The notes beneath the pieces are model-generated. The model did not search any database. It had not been told where the DNA came from and saw nothing but the letters and a program-made list of their open reading frames with translations. The position numbers and the translations under genes are program-made. DNA of 64,000 nucleotides from Chloroflexota bacterium (GTDB taxonomy: Bacteria > Chloroflexota > Dehalococcoidia > DSTF01 > RBG-16-68-14). Shown here piece after piece: positions 38,360-46,079 of this stretch (position 1 is its first letter; every line of letters starts with the position of its first letter). The DNA lies in the NCBI GenBank assembly GCA_029262675.1, contig JAJCYW010000010.1:129166-193165 (forward strand). The letters run 5' to 3'.

Positions 38360-39023
38360 GGGACTAGAACTATCAATTGACACGGCGTCGCAGCTTGCGT
38401 CTATCGCGCTTACGCGGGAGGGCACGCCTCTCGCGGAGCTTACGTGGCGGATCGACCGCGACCACTCCAAGCAGTTGCTGCCCGCCGTCGAGAGTCTCCT
38501 CGAGCGTCAGGGTGTCTCGCGGCACGACCTGACCGCGATCTTCGTATGCACCGGCCCCGGCGGTTACGCGGGCGTCCGGGTGGGCGTCAGCACGGCCAAG
38601 GGACTGGCCTTCGCGCTGGAGCGGCCTCTCGCGGGCGTTGGCCGGCTGGAGATCGAGGCCTACGCCCACGCTGGGGCGGGCGGGCCTGTCGTCGCAGTCC
38701 ACGCCGCCGGCCGCGCCGAACTGGCCTGGGCGGCCTACGCCGCCGGCCCAAACTGGCACGAGATGTCCCCGCCGCAACTCGCCGGAGCCGCCGCGGTCGT
38801 CGCCGCGCTGCCGGAAGGCGCCCTCGTCACCGGCGACGTAAACGCCGAGCTCGCGGCCGTACTCTCCGAACGCGGCCATCGTATCGTGCGCGGCGCGGCG
38901 GCCGTGCGGCGGGCGTCGTTGCTCGGGGAGTTGGGCTGGGCGCGATTGCAGGCTGGGCGGCCGGATGACCCTAAGTCGCTGGTGCCCCTATACTTACGCG
39001 AGCCCGCCATTGGGCCGCAGTAG
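38352..39023 (+). CDS. tsaB: tRNA t6A37 biosynthesis protein TsaB (YeaZ)
   Basis: GTG 38352 overlaps the tsaE stop by 8 nt. LSIDTASQLASIAL...IFVCTGPGGYAGVRVGVSTAKGLAFAL. Confidence 0.75.
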   Translation: MTEGLELSIDTASQLASIALTREGTPLAELTWRIDRDHSKQLLPAVESLLERQGVSRHDLTAIFVCTGPGGYAGVRVGVSTAKGLAFALERPLAGVGRLEIEAYAHAGAGGPVVAVHAAGRAELAWAAYAAGPNWHEMSPPQLAGAAAVVAALPEGALVTGDVNAELAAVLSERGHRIVRGAAAVRRASLLGELGWARLQAGRPDDPKSLVPLYLREPAIGPQ

Positions 39024-39042
39024 TTAATCGAGGTCTCACAGC

Positions 39043-39492
39043 ATGGAACGAACGCTGATTCTGATCAAACCAGACGCGGTTCAGCGCGGGCTGGTTGGGG
39101 AAATCATCTCGCGTCTGGAGCGCCGCGGCCTCAAATTCGTGGCGTTGAAGCTGACGAAGGTAGACGATTCGCTGGCCCGCCGCCACTACGCGGAGCACGA
39201 AGGCAAGCCGTTCTTGGAGTCGCTCGTCGGCTTCATCACGTCCAGCCCGCTGATTGCCGCCGTCCTGACAGGGCCCAACGCGGTTGAAGCCGCCCGCACC
39301 ATGATGGGAGCGACCGACCCGCAAAAGGCCGCGCCGGGGACAATCCGCGGCGACTTCGCAGTCTATGTCCAGCACAACCTGATCCACGGCTCGGACTCGC
39401 TCGAGTCCGCGAAGCGGGAGATCGCGCTCTTCTTCGACGAAGCGGAGATCGTGTCGTGGGAGCGCAGCACGGACGTCTGGCTCCACGAATAG
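39043..39492 (+). CDS. ndk: Nucleoside-diphosphate kinase
   Basis: [24 protein letters not shown]...NLIHGSDS (active-site His). Confidence 0.9.
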   Translation: MERTLILIKPDAVQRGLVGEIISRLERRGLKFVALKLTKVDDSLARRHYAEHEGKPFLESLVGFITSSPLIAAVLTGPNAVEAARTMMGATDPQKAAPGTIRGDFAVYVQHNLIHGSDSLESAKREIALFFDEAEIVSWERSTDVWLHE

Positions 39493-39512
39493 GCCTGGCC
39501 GCCAGCCATTCC

Positions 39513-40025
39513 GTGATCATTCGCCCCGAGACGCCCGACGACATCGACGAGATCGACGCCGTCGTTGAGGCCGCCTTCGGCCAGCCTGACGAGGCCAAGC
39601 TGGTGCGGCTGCTGCGCGCGTCCGACGTCTTCGTGCCGGAGCTCAGCCTGGTGGCGGAGGAAGAGGGCGCGGTCGTTGGTCACGTCATGATCAGCTACGC
39701 CATGCTGGTGTCGGAAGAAGACGAGCGCCGCGTGCTGTCGCTGGCGCCGCTGGCCGTGCGGCCGGACCGCCAGCGGGACGGCATCGGCGGTGCGCTTACG
39801 CTGGCCGCGCTCTCAATCGCTGACGAACGTGGCGAGCCCCTAGTCATCGTGCTCGGCCACCCGGCGTACTATCCGCGCTTTGGTTTCGAGCGCGCCAGCC
39901 TCCACGGCATCTCGCCGCCGTCGCAAGCCTTGTTGGAGGAGGCCTTCATGGTGAAGCGGCTCTCTGCGTATGACCCATCGTACACCGGCCGCTTCGTCTA
40001 CCCGCCCGCGTTCGACGAGACCTAG
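39513..40025 (+). CDS. GNAT-family N-acetyltransferase (YhbS-like)
   Basis: GTG 39513; ...RPDRQRDGIGGALTLAAL...; ORF-track start 39456 overlaps ndk. Confidence 0.65.
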   Translation: MIIRPETPDDIDEIDAVVEAAFGQPDEAKLVRLLRASDVFVPELSLVAEEEGAVVGHVMISYAMLVSEEDERRVLSLAPLAVRPDRQRDGIGGALTLAALSIADERGEPLVIVLGHPAYYPRFGFERASLHGISPPSQALLEEAFMVKRLSAYDPSYTGRFVYPPAFDET

Positions 40026-40033
40026 CAGCGCGA

Positions 40034-40456
40034 CTACTGCACCCGCACGACTTCTTTCGCGTCGCTCCAGAGCTCTTCCAGGTTGTAGCGCGCTCGCAGC
40101 TCCGGCGAGAAGACGTGGACGATAATCGAGCCGTAATCGAGCAGTACCCATCCCGAGTCGGCCTCACCCTCCTGGTGGCGAGGCTTCACGCCTTCCTCGC
40201 GCAGCTCCTTGGTCAGGGTGGTGACGATCGCCCGCATCTGACGCGGGTTGGACGCGCTGGCGATCACGAAGAAGTCGGCGAAAGAGGCGACCTCGCTGAT
40301 GTCCAGCAAAGCGATCTCCTCCGCCTGCCTGTCGGTGAGTAGGTCGACGATTCGGCGCGCGGTGTCTGGCGTTTCCGTTGCTACTGACTCCCGTCTCGAT
40401 CCACGTCTGTCCGGCGTGCCCGCCAGTATATCATTCCTCGTTCCCCGAGACGGCAA
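40034..40456 (-). CDS. rsfS: Ribosome silencing factor RsfS (Iojap family)
   Basis: ...IALLDISEVASFADFFVIASASNPRQMRAIV...GWVLLDYGSIIVHVF. Only in-frame start found is TTG at 40456; start uncertain. Confidence 0.75.
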   Translation of the reverse strand: MPSRGTRNDILAGTPDRRGSRRESVATETPDTARRIVDLLTDRQAEEIALLDISEVASFADFFVIASASNPRQMRAIVTTLTKELREEGVKPRHQEGEADSGWVLLDYGSIIVHVFSPELRARYNLEELWSDAKEVVRVQ

Positions 40457-40537
40457 AGCCCGTCTCGGGGCGTGTTTGCCGAGGACGGTGCAGAAATGCG
40501 AAGGCCCGCTCTGGCCGTTGCGTTACACTGAGTCGTT

Positions 40538-41611
40538 ATGGCAAAACCACGCGTGGTTGTCGCAATGAGCGGCGGCGTCGAGTCCGCCGTTACTGCGGGT
40601 CTGCTCGTCCAGCAGGGCTATGACGTCGTCGGCCTGACGATGCGACTGTGGGCGCAGGAAGACCCGAACGCTCCGCGACTGCACCGGCGCTGCTGCCCGG
40701 CGGAAGACATGGACGATGCCCGTGCGGCGGCCGATCTGTTGGGCTTTCCGCACTACGTCTTGAACATGGAAGAGGCGTTCAGCACCCACGTCGTCGATTA
40801 CTTCGTGAGCGAGTACGGTCGCGGCCGCACGCCGAACCCCTGTTTGCCCTGCAACGAGCACGTCAAGTTCCGCGCCCTGATGGCGCACGCAGAGGCGCTG
40901 GACGCGGCCTACCTGGCAACTGGCCACTACGCCCGTATCGAAGGCGAAAACGGCGCGTATCGCCTTCTCAGCGCTGCTGATGGCGAAAAGGACCAGTCGT
41001 ACGTTCTGTACATGCTGGGACAGCGCGAGTTAGGCCGGTTGCTGTTCCCTCTGGGCGGCCTGCGCAAGGAGCGGGTACGGGAATTGGCCGTAGACATGGG
41101 CCTGCCGCTGGCCGAAAAGCCGGACAGCGTGGACATCTGCTTCCTGCCCACGGAGGACTACCGCGACTTTATCGCGGAGCGGGTGCCGCAGAGCCCGGGC
41201 CAAGTGATTGACGGCACCGGCAACGTCGTCGGCCGTCACGCGGGCGTCGCCGGCTTCACGATCGGCCAGCGCCGAGGGCTCGGTGTCGCCGTAGGAGAGA
41301 AGCGTTTCGTGACCGCCATCGACCCGCAGCTCAACGTCATTACGATCGGCGACGAGGACGACCTTCTCGCCGACACGCTTGTCGTGGAAGACGTGCGATG
41401 GGTGGCCGGAACGCCGCCTGCGGAGCCCTTCGCGGCGGACGTTCGCATCCGCTACCGCAGCGCGACCGGCCGCGCCCACGTGCAGGTAACTGAAGACGGG
41501 GCGCGCGTGCGATTCGAGCGGCCGCAGCGGGCGATCGCGGCCGGCCAGGCGGCCGTCTTCTATCGCGGCGACGACGTGCTGGGCGGAGGCATCATCGCCG
41601 CGGCTGGGTGA
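40538..41611 (+). CDS. mnmA: tRNA-specific 2-thiouridylase MnmA
   Basis: PP-loop VVVAMSGGVESAV; ...NPCLPCNEHVKF... Confidence 0.9.
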   Translation: MAKPRVVVAMSGGVESAVTAGLLVQQGYDVVGLTMRLWAQEDPNAPRLHRRCCPAEDMDDARAAADLLGFPHYVLNMEEAFSTHVVDYFVSEYGRGRTPNPCLPCNEHVKFRALMAHAEALDAAYLATGHYARIEGENGAYRLLSAADGEKDQSYVLYMLGQRELGRLLFPLGGLRKERVRELAVDMGLPLAEKPDSVDICFLPTEDYRDFIAERVPQSPGQVIDGTGNVVGRHAGVAGFTIGQRRGLGVAVGEKRFVTAIDPQLNVITIGDEDDLLADTLVVEDVRWVAGTPPAEPFAADVRIRYRSATGRAHVQVTEDGARVRFERPQRAIAAGQAAVFYRGDDVLGGGIIAAAG

Positions 41612-41763
41612 CAGTCGCGCTGCGATTATTAGACAGGTGCACCCCGACCGCTTGACAGTTGATTGTCGAAGTGACTATGGTGCGCGGGCCGGCCGCGACA
41701 CGGTCTGTTTACGCACAGCAAGCCGCGCGGAGCCATGTTCATAGCATTACGAATGGAGTCGAG

Positions 41764-42501
41764 ATGGTCGAACAGGCAGTCGTACTAGCAGCAGGGGAGG
41801 GACGCCGCCTGCGTGCGCTGGCCAACGGCAGGCCCAAATGCCTCGTTCCGGTCGCCGGCCGGGCCCTTATCGACCGCGTGCTGCAATCGATCGCGGACGC
41901 GGGCATCCGGCAGGTGCTCGTCGTAGTCGGCTACCGCGGCGGGGAGATCGAACGCCACGTCGGTAGCGGCGTGGCGCATGGCCTGGACGTTCGTTACGCC
42001 GCCAATCCTGACTACGAACGCGGCAACGCCAGCTCGTTCCGCTGCGCCCTCCGCGCTGTCAGCGCCCGTCCGTTTCTGTTGACGATGGCCGACCACATTT
42101 GCGACCCGTCGCTCCTGCGGGCGTTCCTCGCGGGCTGCGACGAGCAGATCGCCGTCGCCGTCGACCGCTCTCGGATGGATGCAACGCGAGAAGAGGAAGC
42201 GACAAAGGTCTCGCTGCGGGACGGCCGCATTTTCGATATCGGCAAGGGGCTGCTGCGCTGGGACGGCGTCGACACCGGGTTCTCGTACTGGCCGTCGCAA
42301 GCGAGTGAACTCGTTGACGATTCGATGTGCGGCGGCGAGCTGGCGGCGCTGATGGCAGAGCTGGCGCAACGAGACCCGGGCGTGGCCGCGCGGGACGTCA
42401 GCGGGCATCTCTGGTTCGACGTCGATACTGTGGCTGACGTGGCGTCCGCGGAGCGGCTGCTGCAGGCCGCGGCAGGCGAATTCGCATTGTCGTTAGATTA
42501 G
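41764..42501 (+). CDS. NTP-transferase-domain protein (sugar/alcohol-phosphate nucleotidyltransferase, LicC/MobA-like fold)
   Basis: ATG 41764 with GGAG RBS. AVVLAAGEGRRLRALANGRPKCLVPVAGRALIDRVL (G-x-G-x-R-L signature). Confidence 0.65.
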   Translation: MVEQAVVLAAGEGRRLRALANGRPKCLVPVAGRALIDRVLQSIADAGIRQVLVVVGYRGGEIERHVGSGVAHGLDVRYAANPDYERGNASSFRCALRAVSARPFLLTMADHICDPSLLRAFLAGCDEQIAVAVDRSRMDATREEEATKVSLRDGRIFDIGKGLLRWDGVDTGFSYWPSQASELVDDSMCGGELAALMAELAQRDPGVAARDVSGHLWFDVDTVADVASAERLLQAAAGEFALSLD

Positions 42502-42628
42502 GGCGCTGGGTTAGGAGTCAGGACGGCCGATTGCCGAAACGTAGGTTGATGAGGTGGCCGCGACTGCGGGATGGGGCGTTCCGTGCGCGCACCTGCCGTG
42601 CGGGCATGTCCCATGATTTGGCGTCTCG

Positions 42629-42637
42629 TGGTATGAT
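42629..42637 (+). promoter_or_regulatory. Candidate extended -10 (TGGTATGAT) upstream of the small membrane protein gene
   Basis: Read directly. Followed by RBS GGAGAGGTGG and ATG 42662. Confidence 0.3.
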
Positions 42638-42661
42638 GCGCGGTACGGAGAGGTGGTGTCT

Positions 42662-42985
42662 ATGAGCCTTGACAATACGCGCGATGTCGTTATTATCGTT
42701 GCCGGTTCGCTGACTGTAGCGGTTCTTCTTGCGGCGCTGATTTTCACGGTGGTGCTGGGGCTAGCCTCCAGGGCTCTGCTGAACACAGTCCGTTCGCTGT
42801 TGAAGGACGACGTTTCGCCGCTGCTGGAATCCGTCCGCCAGACGGTCCACACGGTGCGCGGCACAACCGCGTTCGTCGGCGAGACGGCTATCAGCCCCAT
42901 CGTCCGCGTCTACGGCGCCGTCGCCGGCGCGCGGAGAGCGGTGGGCGTGATCACCGGCATCGTCGGCAGGCGCGACGACGACTAG
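42662..42985 (+). CDS. Small membrane protein (DUF948-like), hypothetical
   Basis: One N-terminal TM helix then a coiled region. Start at ATG 42662 or the GTG at 42653. Confidence 0.5.
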   Translation: MSLDNTRDVVIIVAGSLTVAVLLAALIFTVVLGLASRALLNTVRSLLKDDVSPLLESVRQTVHTVRGTTAFVGETAISPIVRVYGAVAGARRAVGVITGIVGRRDDD

Positions 42986-43098
42986 GTGTAGGTGCAGACC
43001 TTTGGTCTGCACCTACTGTCGAGATCGCGGATCTGCCATCCGCGATCTCGCGGGTTTCCCGACAACACCAAGCACTGATTTGAGGAAAGGAGCCTGAC

Positions 43099-43527
43099 AT
43101 GGCGGATGACGAAGTAGTCGAAGATGAATTCGACGACGTTATTGAGGAGGACGGCGACCCGTTCGCGCCGGAAGAATCGGAGAGCGGTGGCCACGGCCCC
43201 GGCTTTATCCGAGGCGTGATCATCGGCCTGATCGCCGGCGCCGGCATGGGCGCGCTGTTGGGCGGCGACGCCGGGAAGCAGCTCCGCGACCGTATCGGCG
43301 AACAAACGACGCCTGTGCGCGGCTACGGCGAAGGCGGGGCGCCGGACGCTGCCGACACTGTGGCAGACGAAGCGCCAGTCGACGGCCTACGGGCGCTGGT
43401 GGCCAGCCTGCGCGAGCGAATCAGGGAGGCGAGGCGGCAGGCTTCGATTGCTTCGCGAGAGGCGGAAGAGCTGACGCACGCGCGCTACGCGGAGCTGACG
43501 CGCCTGAGCGGCCAGAGCGACCCCTAA
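43099..43527 (+). CDS. Hypothetical acidic/Gly-rich protein (YtxH-like?)
   Basis: Acidic N-terminus, GLIAGAGMGALLGG segment, C-terminal helical region. Confidence 0.45.
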   Translation: MADDEVVEDEFDDVIEEDGDPFAPEESESGGHGPGFIRGVIIGLIAGAGMGALLGGDAGKQLRDRIGEQTTPVRGYGEGGAPDAADTVADEAPVDGLRALVASLRERIREARRQASIASREAEELTHARYAELTRLSGQSDP

Positions 43528-43549
43528 CGTACCTTGTGTCTGACCTGAG

Positions 43550-43639
43550 TGGCGGAGAGGGTGGGATTCGAACCCACGAGGGCTTGCACCCTACACGCTT
43601 TCCAGGCGTGCCTGTTCGGCCGCTCCAGCACCTCTCCGC
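43550..43639 (-). tRNA. tRNA-Ser (anticodon GGA)
   Basis: Minus-strand read GCGGAGAGGTGCTGGAGCGGCCGAACAGGCACGCCTGGAAAGCGTGT-long variable arm-GGGTTCGAATCCCACCCTCTCCGCCA. Anticodon loop CTGGAAA, long variable arm. Confidence 0.85.
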
Positions 43640-43815
43640 GCTAGTGCCGCACTGTGTGCGGCTGGATGATCGCTCCAGTCGTTGTTCTTGCGATGGGAGC
43701 GGCCCCGCTCCAGAACCTCTCGGCAGGGGACGTATGGCCGCTCCGAGCCCGCACTAGAGCGGCTCTGCGTGAAACGCGTCCGGCGCGTTCCGGACGCCGA
43801 ACGCTCTGTAGCTCG

Positions 43816-43903
43816 TGGCGGAGAGGGTGGGATTCGAACCCACGAGGGCTTGCACCCTACTGCTTTTCGAGAGCAGCACCTTCAACCACTCGGACACCTC
43901 TCC
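43816..43903 (-). tRNA. tRNA-Ser (anticodon CGA)
   Basis: Minus-strand read GGAGAGGTGTCCGAGTGGTTGAAGGTGCTGCTCTCGAAAAGCAG-variable arm-GGGTTCGAATCCCACCCTCTCCGCCA. Anticodon loop CTCGAAA. Confidence 0.85.
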
Positions 43904-43989
43904 GAAGGACAATCAGCAGAGCGCCCCACTGGACGCTCCTGAGTATAACAGCGCGCGGATGCTTGGGCTACGTTGCGGTGGTGGCGCCG

Positions 43990-44688
43990 CTACGGCGCGG
44001 CGTGGGCGCCGACGTTGCCGTCCGCGTCGTCGTACAGGCGCTCCGCCCGGACGACGACCCGATCGTCGTACTGGCCGACGCTGGGGTCAAACGACCCGCC
44101 GCAGGTGATTAGCGTGATGATCTCGTTTGGTGTTCTGCCGACGATCTCCTGGATCGGCGCGTCGCTCGCCTTGTACTGGTCTCTGCGGAAAACGCCGTAC
44201 TCGTACACCGTTCCGTCCTGTAGCCGGACCTCTATGACGTCTCCCGGCTCCAGGTCCTTCAGGTTCCAGAATACGGCCGCGCCGTAGTTGTAGTAGTCCA
44301 CGTGGCCTGAAAACACGGCGTTGCTGCCGAACCCGGGCCGGGAGCTGAAGTCGTACCAGGCGACGTTGAGCGGGCCATCCGGCGTCTCCATGACGCCGTT
44401 GTCATCGACGCTCAGCACGACGATCGGCGCGTCGACGCCGAAGCGCGGAATCGCCAGTCCGGCTATCTGCGCCTCGCTCGGCGGCGGGGCCTCCGCCGTC
44501 GGAGTCGGCTGCGGCGTCAGTATGCGGTCAAGGCTCGTGTCAAAAGTGGTTGCCGTTTCCGGGCCAGCGTAGCCTTCATCTCCGGTCAGTTGGAAGACGA
44601 AGAGAACGGCCGCCGCTATCAACGACAGCACGCCCGCACCCATGACGATCAGGGAGAGCCGGTTCCAGTTTGCGCTATCTATCTTCAT
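43990..44688 (-). CDS. Sortase-family transpeptidase (class undetermined)
   Basis: N-terminal TM anchor; catalytic His (FSGHVDYY), TLITCGG Cys motif, downstream conserved Arg (VVVRAERL). Confidence 0.75.
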   Translation of the reverse strand: MKIDSANWNRLSLIVMGAGVLSLIAAAVLFVFQLTGDEGYAGPETATTFDTSLDRILTPQPTPTAEAPPPSEAQIAGLAIPRFGVDAPIVVLSVDDNGVMETPDGPLNVAWYDFSSRPGFGSNAVFSGHVDYYNYGAAVFWNLKDLEPGDVIEVRLQDGTVYEYGVFRRDQYKASDAPIQEIVGRTPNEIITLITCGGSFDPSVGQYDDRVVVRAERLYDDADGNVGAHAAP

Positions 44689-44861
44689 ATTGATCTACTA
44701 TTCTCCTACGTCCAGTATGTACTATATCGGCCATGAACGCACCGTACTCTAGATCACGCAATATTCGCTACGCTGTTCGGTGCTGCCACGCCATTCCACT
44801 TCGAATGTGCATATGCGTCTATACTGAGTTATCTTAGCAGCGGCCAAATGGGCGAGCAAGA

Positions 44862-45989
44862 GTGAAAACTATGCCACGTAACCGTCCCCAATCTGTCTGG
44901 CTGCCCCGGTTGATGGCCGCTGGTGCGCTGTTGGCGACTCTCAGCCTAGTCGCCGCCGTCGCCTGTGGCGATAGCGGTAATGGCGACGACGATAGCTTTA
45001 CTGCGATTCGCGAGCAGGCGCCGCCGGATTCGATCGCGTTCGGCGCGCAGGAGGGCGAGGGCGTCCCGCCGAACGGCGGGACGTACGGCCTCTACCTCGT
45101 GCGGCCGGACGGCACGTTCTTGCGTTCGATCCAGATCGAGACCGCGCCAGTCTCGTCGCCCGTCTGGGCACCCACCGGCGACCGCATCGCCTACAACTTC
45201 GGCGCGGACGCGGCGCGGCTCACCGCCACGCTTCGTATCTACGACTTCGCTTCGCAGGCCGCGACGACGGTCAGCGACAGCGCCCTCACCAGCGACGTCG
45301 GCCCGGCGATGAGCTGGTCCGCGGACGGCGGCCGCCTCGCGTTCGCCGAGGAAGGCGGCCGGATCCGCATCTACGATGCCGACCGCGCAGTGCTGGAAGA
45401 CGCCGGCGGCGCCACCGGTCTGACCCCCGCCTGGCGGCCCGGCGCAGACGAACTGGCGATCGCGCGCGTCAGCGGCAATGACTCCGGCAGCAGCCTGAGC
45501 GTCCTGGCCGCCGATGGCGACGACGAGCGAGAACTGTTGGAGCGCGAGGCCGCCGACGCCGCGCCCGTCTGGTCACCGGACGGCGAGTCGCTAGCGTTCC
45601 AGACGCTTCGTCCGGACGTGCCCGGTAGGTTTGTGCTCTCCGTGCTCCAGATCGATAACGGCTCGCTTACGGAGGTCGGCCCGGGGTCGGGCGCGGCGTG
45701 GTCACCGGACGGTGCATTCCTCACTTACTACACGCTCGTGTCGGACGCCTCACCGGACATCGATATCTTCGTCGCCCCCGCCGGCGGCGGCCCGCCGCGA
45801 GCGTTTGCCGGCCCCGCCACGCTGGACGTCGCGCCGAGCTGGTCGCCGGACGGCGGGCGTATCGTCTACCTGGCGCGGGCCGACCGCACGACGGCCTTCA
45901 TCTGCTTGGTGGCGCTCGAGGGCGAGGACCGCGATTGCTTGGACCTGCCCGGCCTGCTGCCGTCTCAGCCTGCCTGGTCGCCGCACTAG
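44862..45989 (+). CDS. TolB-like beta-propeller lipoprotein (PD40/WD40-like repeats)
   Basis: Lipobox LVAAVACGDSG; repeated (W/Y)SPDG motifs (WAPTGDRIAY, WSADGGRLAF, WSPDGESLAF, WSPDGAFLTY, WSPDGGRIVY). Confidence 0.7.
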   Translation: MKTMPRNRPQSVWLPRLMAAGALLATLSLVAAVACGDSGNGDDDSFTAIREQAPPDSIAFGAQEGEGVPPNGGTYGLYLVRPDGTFLRSIQIETAPVSSPVWAPTGDRIAYNFGADAARLTATLRIYDFASQAATTVSDSALTSDVGPAMSWSADGGRLAFAEEGGRIRIYDADRAVLEDAGGATGLTPAWRPGADELAIARVSGNDSGSSLSVLAADGDDERELLEREAADAAPVWSPDGESLAFQTLRPDVPGRFVLSVLQIDNGSLTEVGPGSGAAWSPDGAFLTYYTLVSDASPDIDIFVAPAGGGPPRAFAGPATLDVAPSWSPDGGRIVYLARADRTTAFICLVALEGEDRDCLDLPGLLPSQPAWSPH

Positions 45990-46023
45990 GGGTTGTTTCT
46001 AGCTGGTCGCCGCGCACGAGAGA

Positions 46024-46050
46024 AGAGGCGCCGGGTTTTCCGGCGCCTCT
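46024..46050. terminator. Hairpin AGAGGCGCCGG-gtttt-CCGGCGCCTCT between convergent genes
   Basis: 11-bp GC-rich stem read directly, between the TolB-like stop (45989) and gene A stop (46080). Confidence 0.5.
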
Positions 46051-46079
46051 TGACGTTGCGTATGCGTGCCTGGCCGCGG

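Noticed and set aside
43640-43815. Possible third tRNA or small gene between the two tRNA-Ser genes
   Set aside because: No cloverleaf could be folded by eye in the 176-bp spacer; the ORFs there (43536-43757, 43682-43942) overlap the tRNAs and are spurious.
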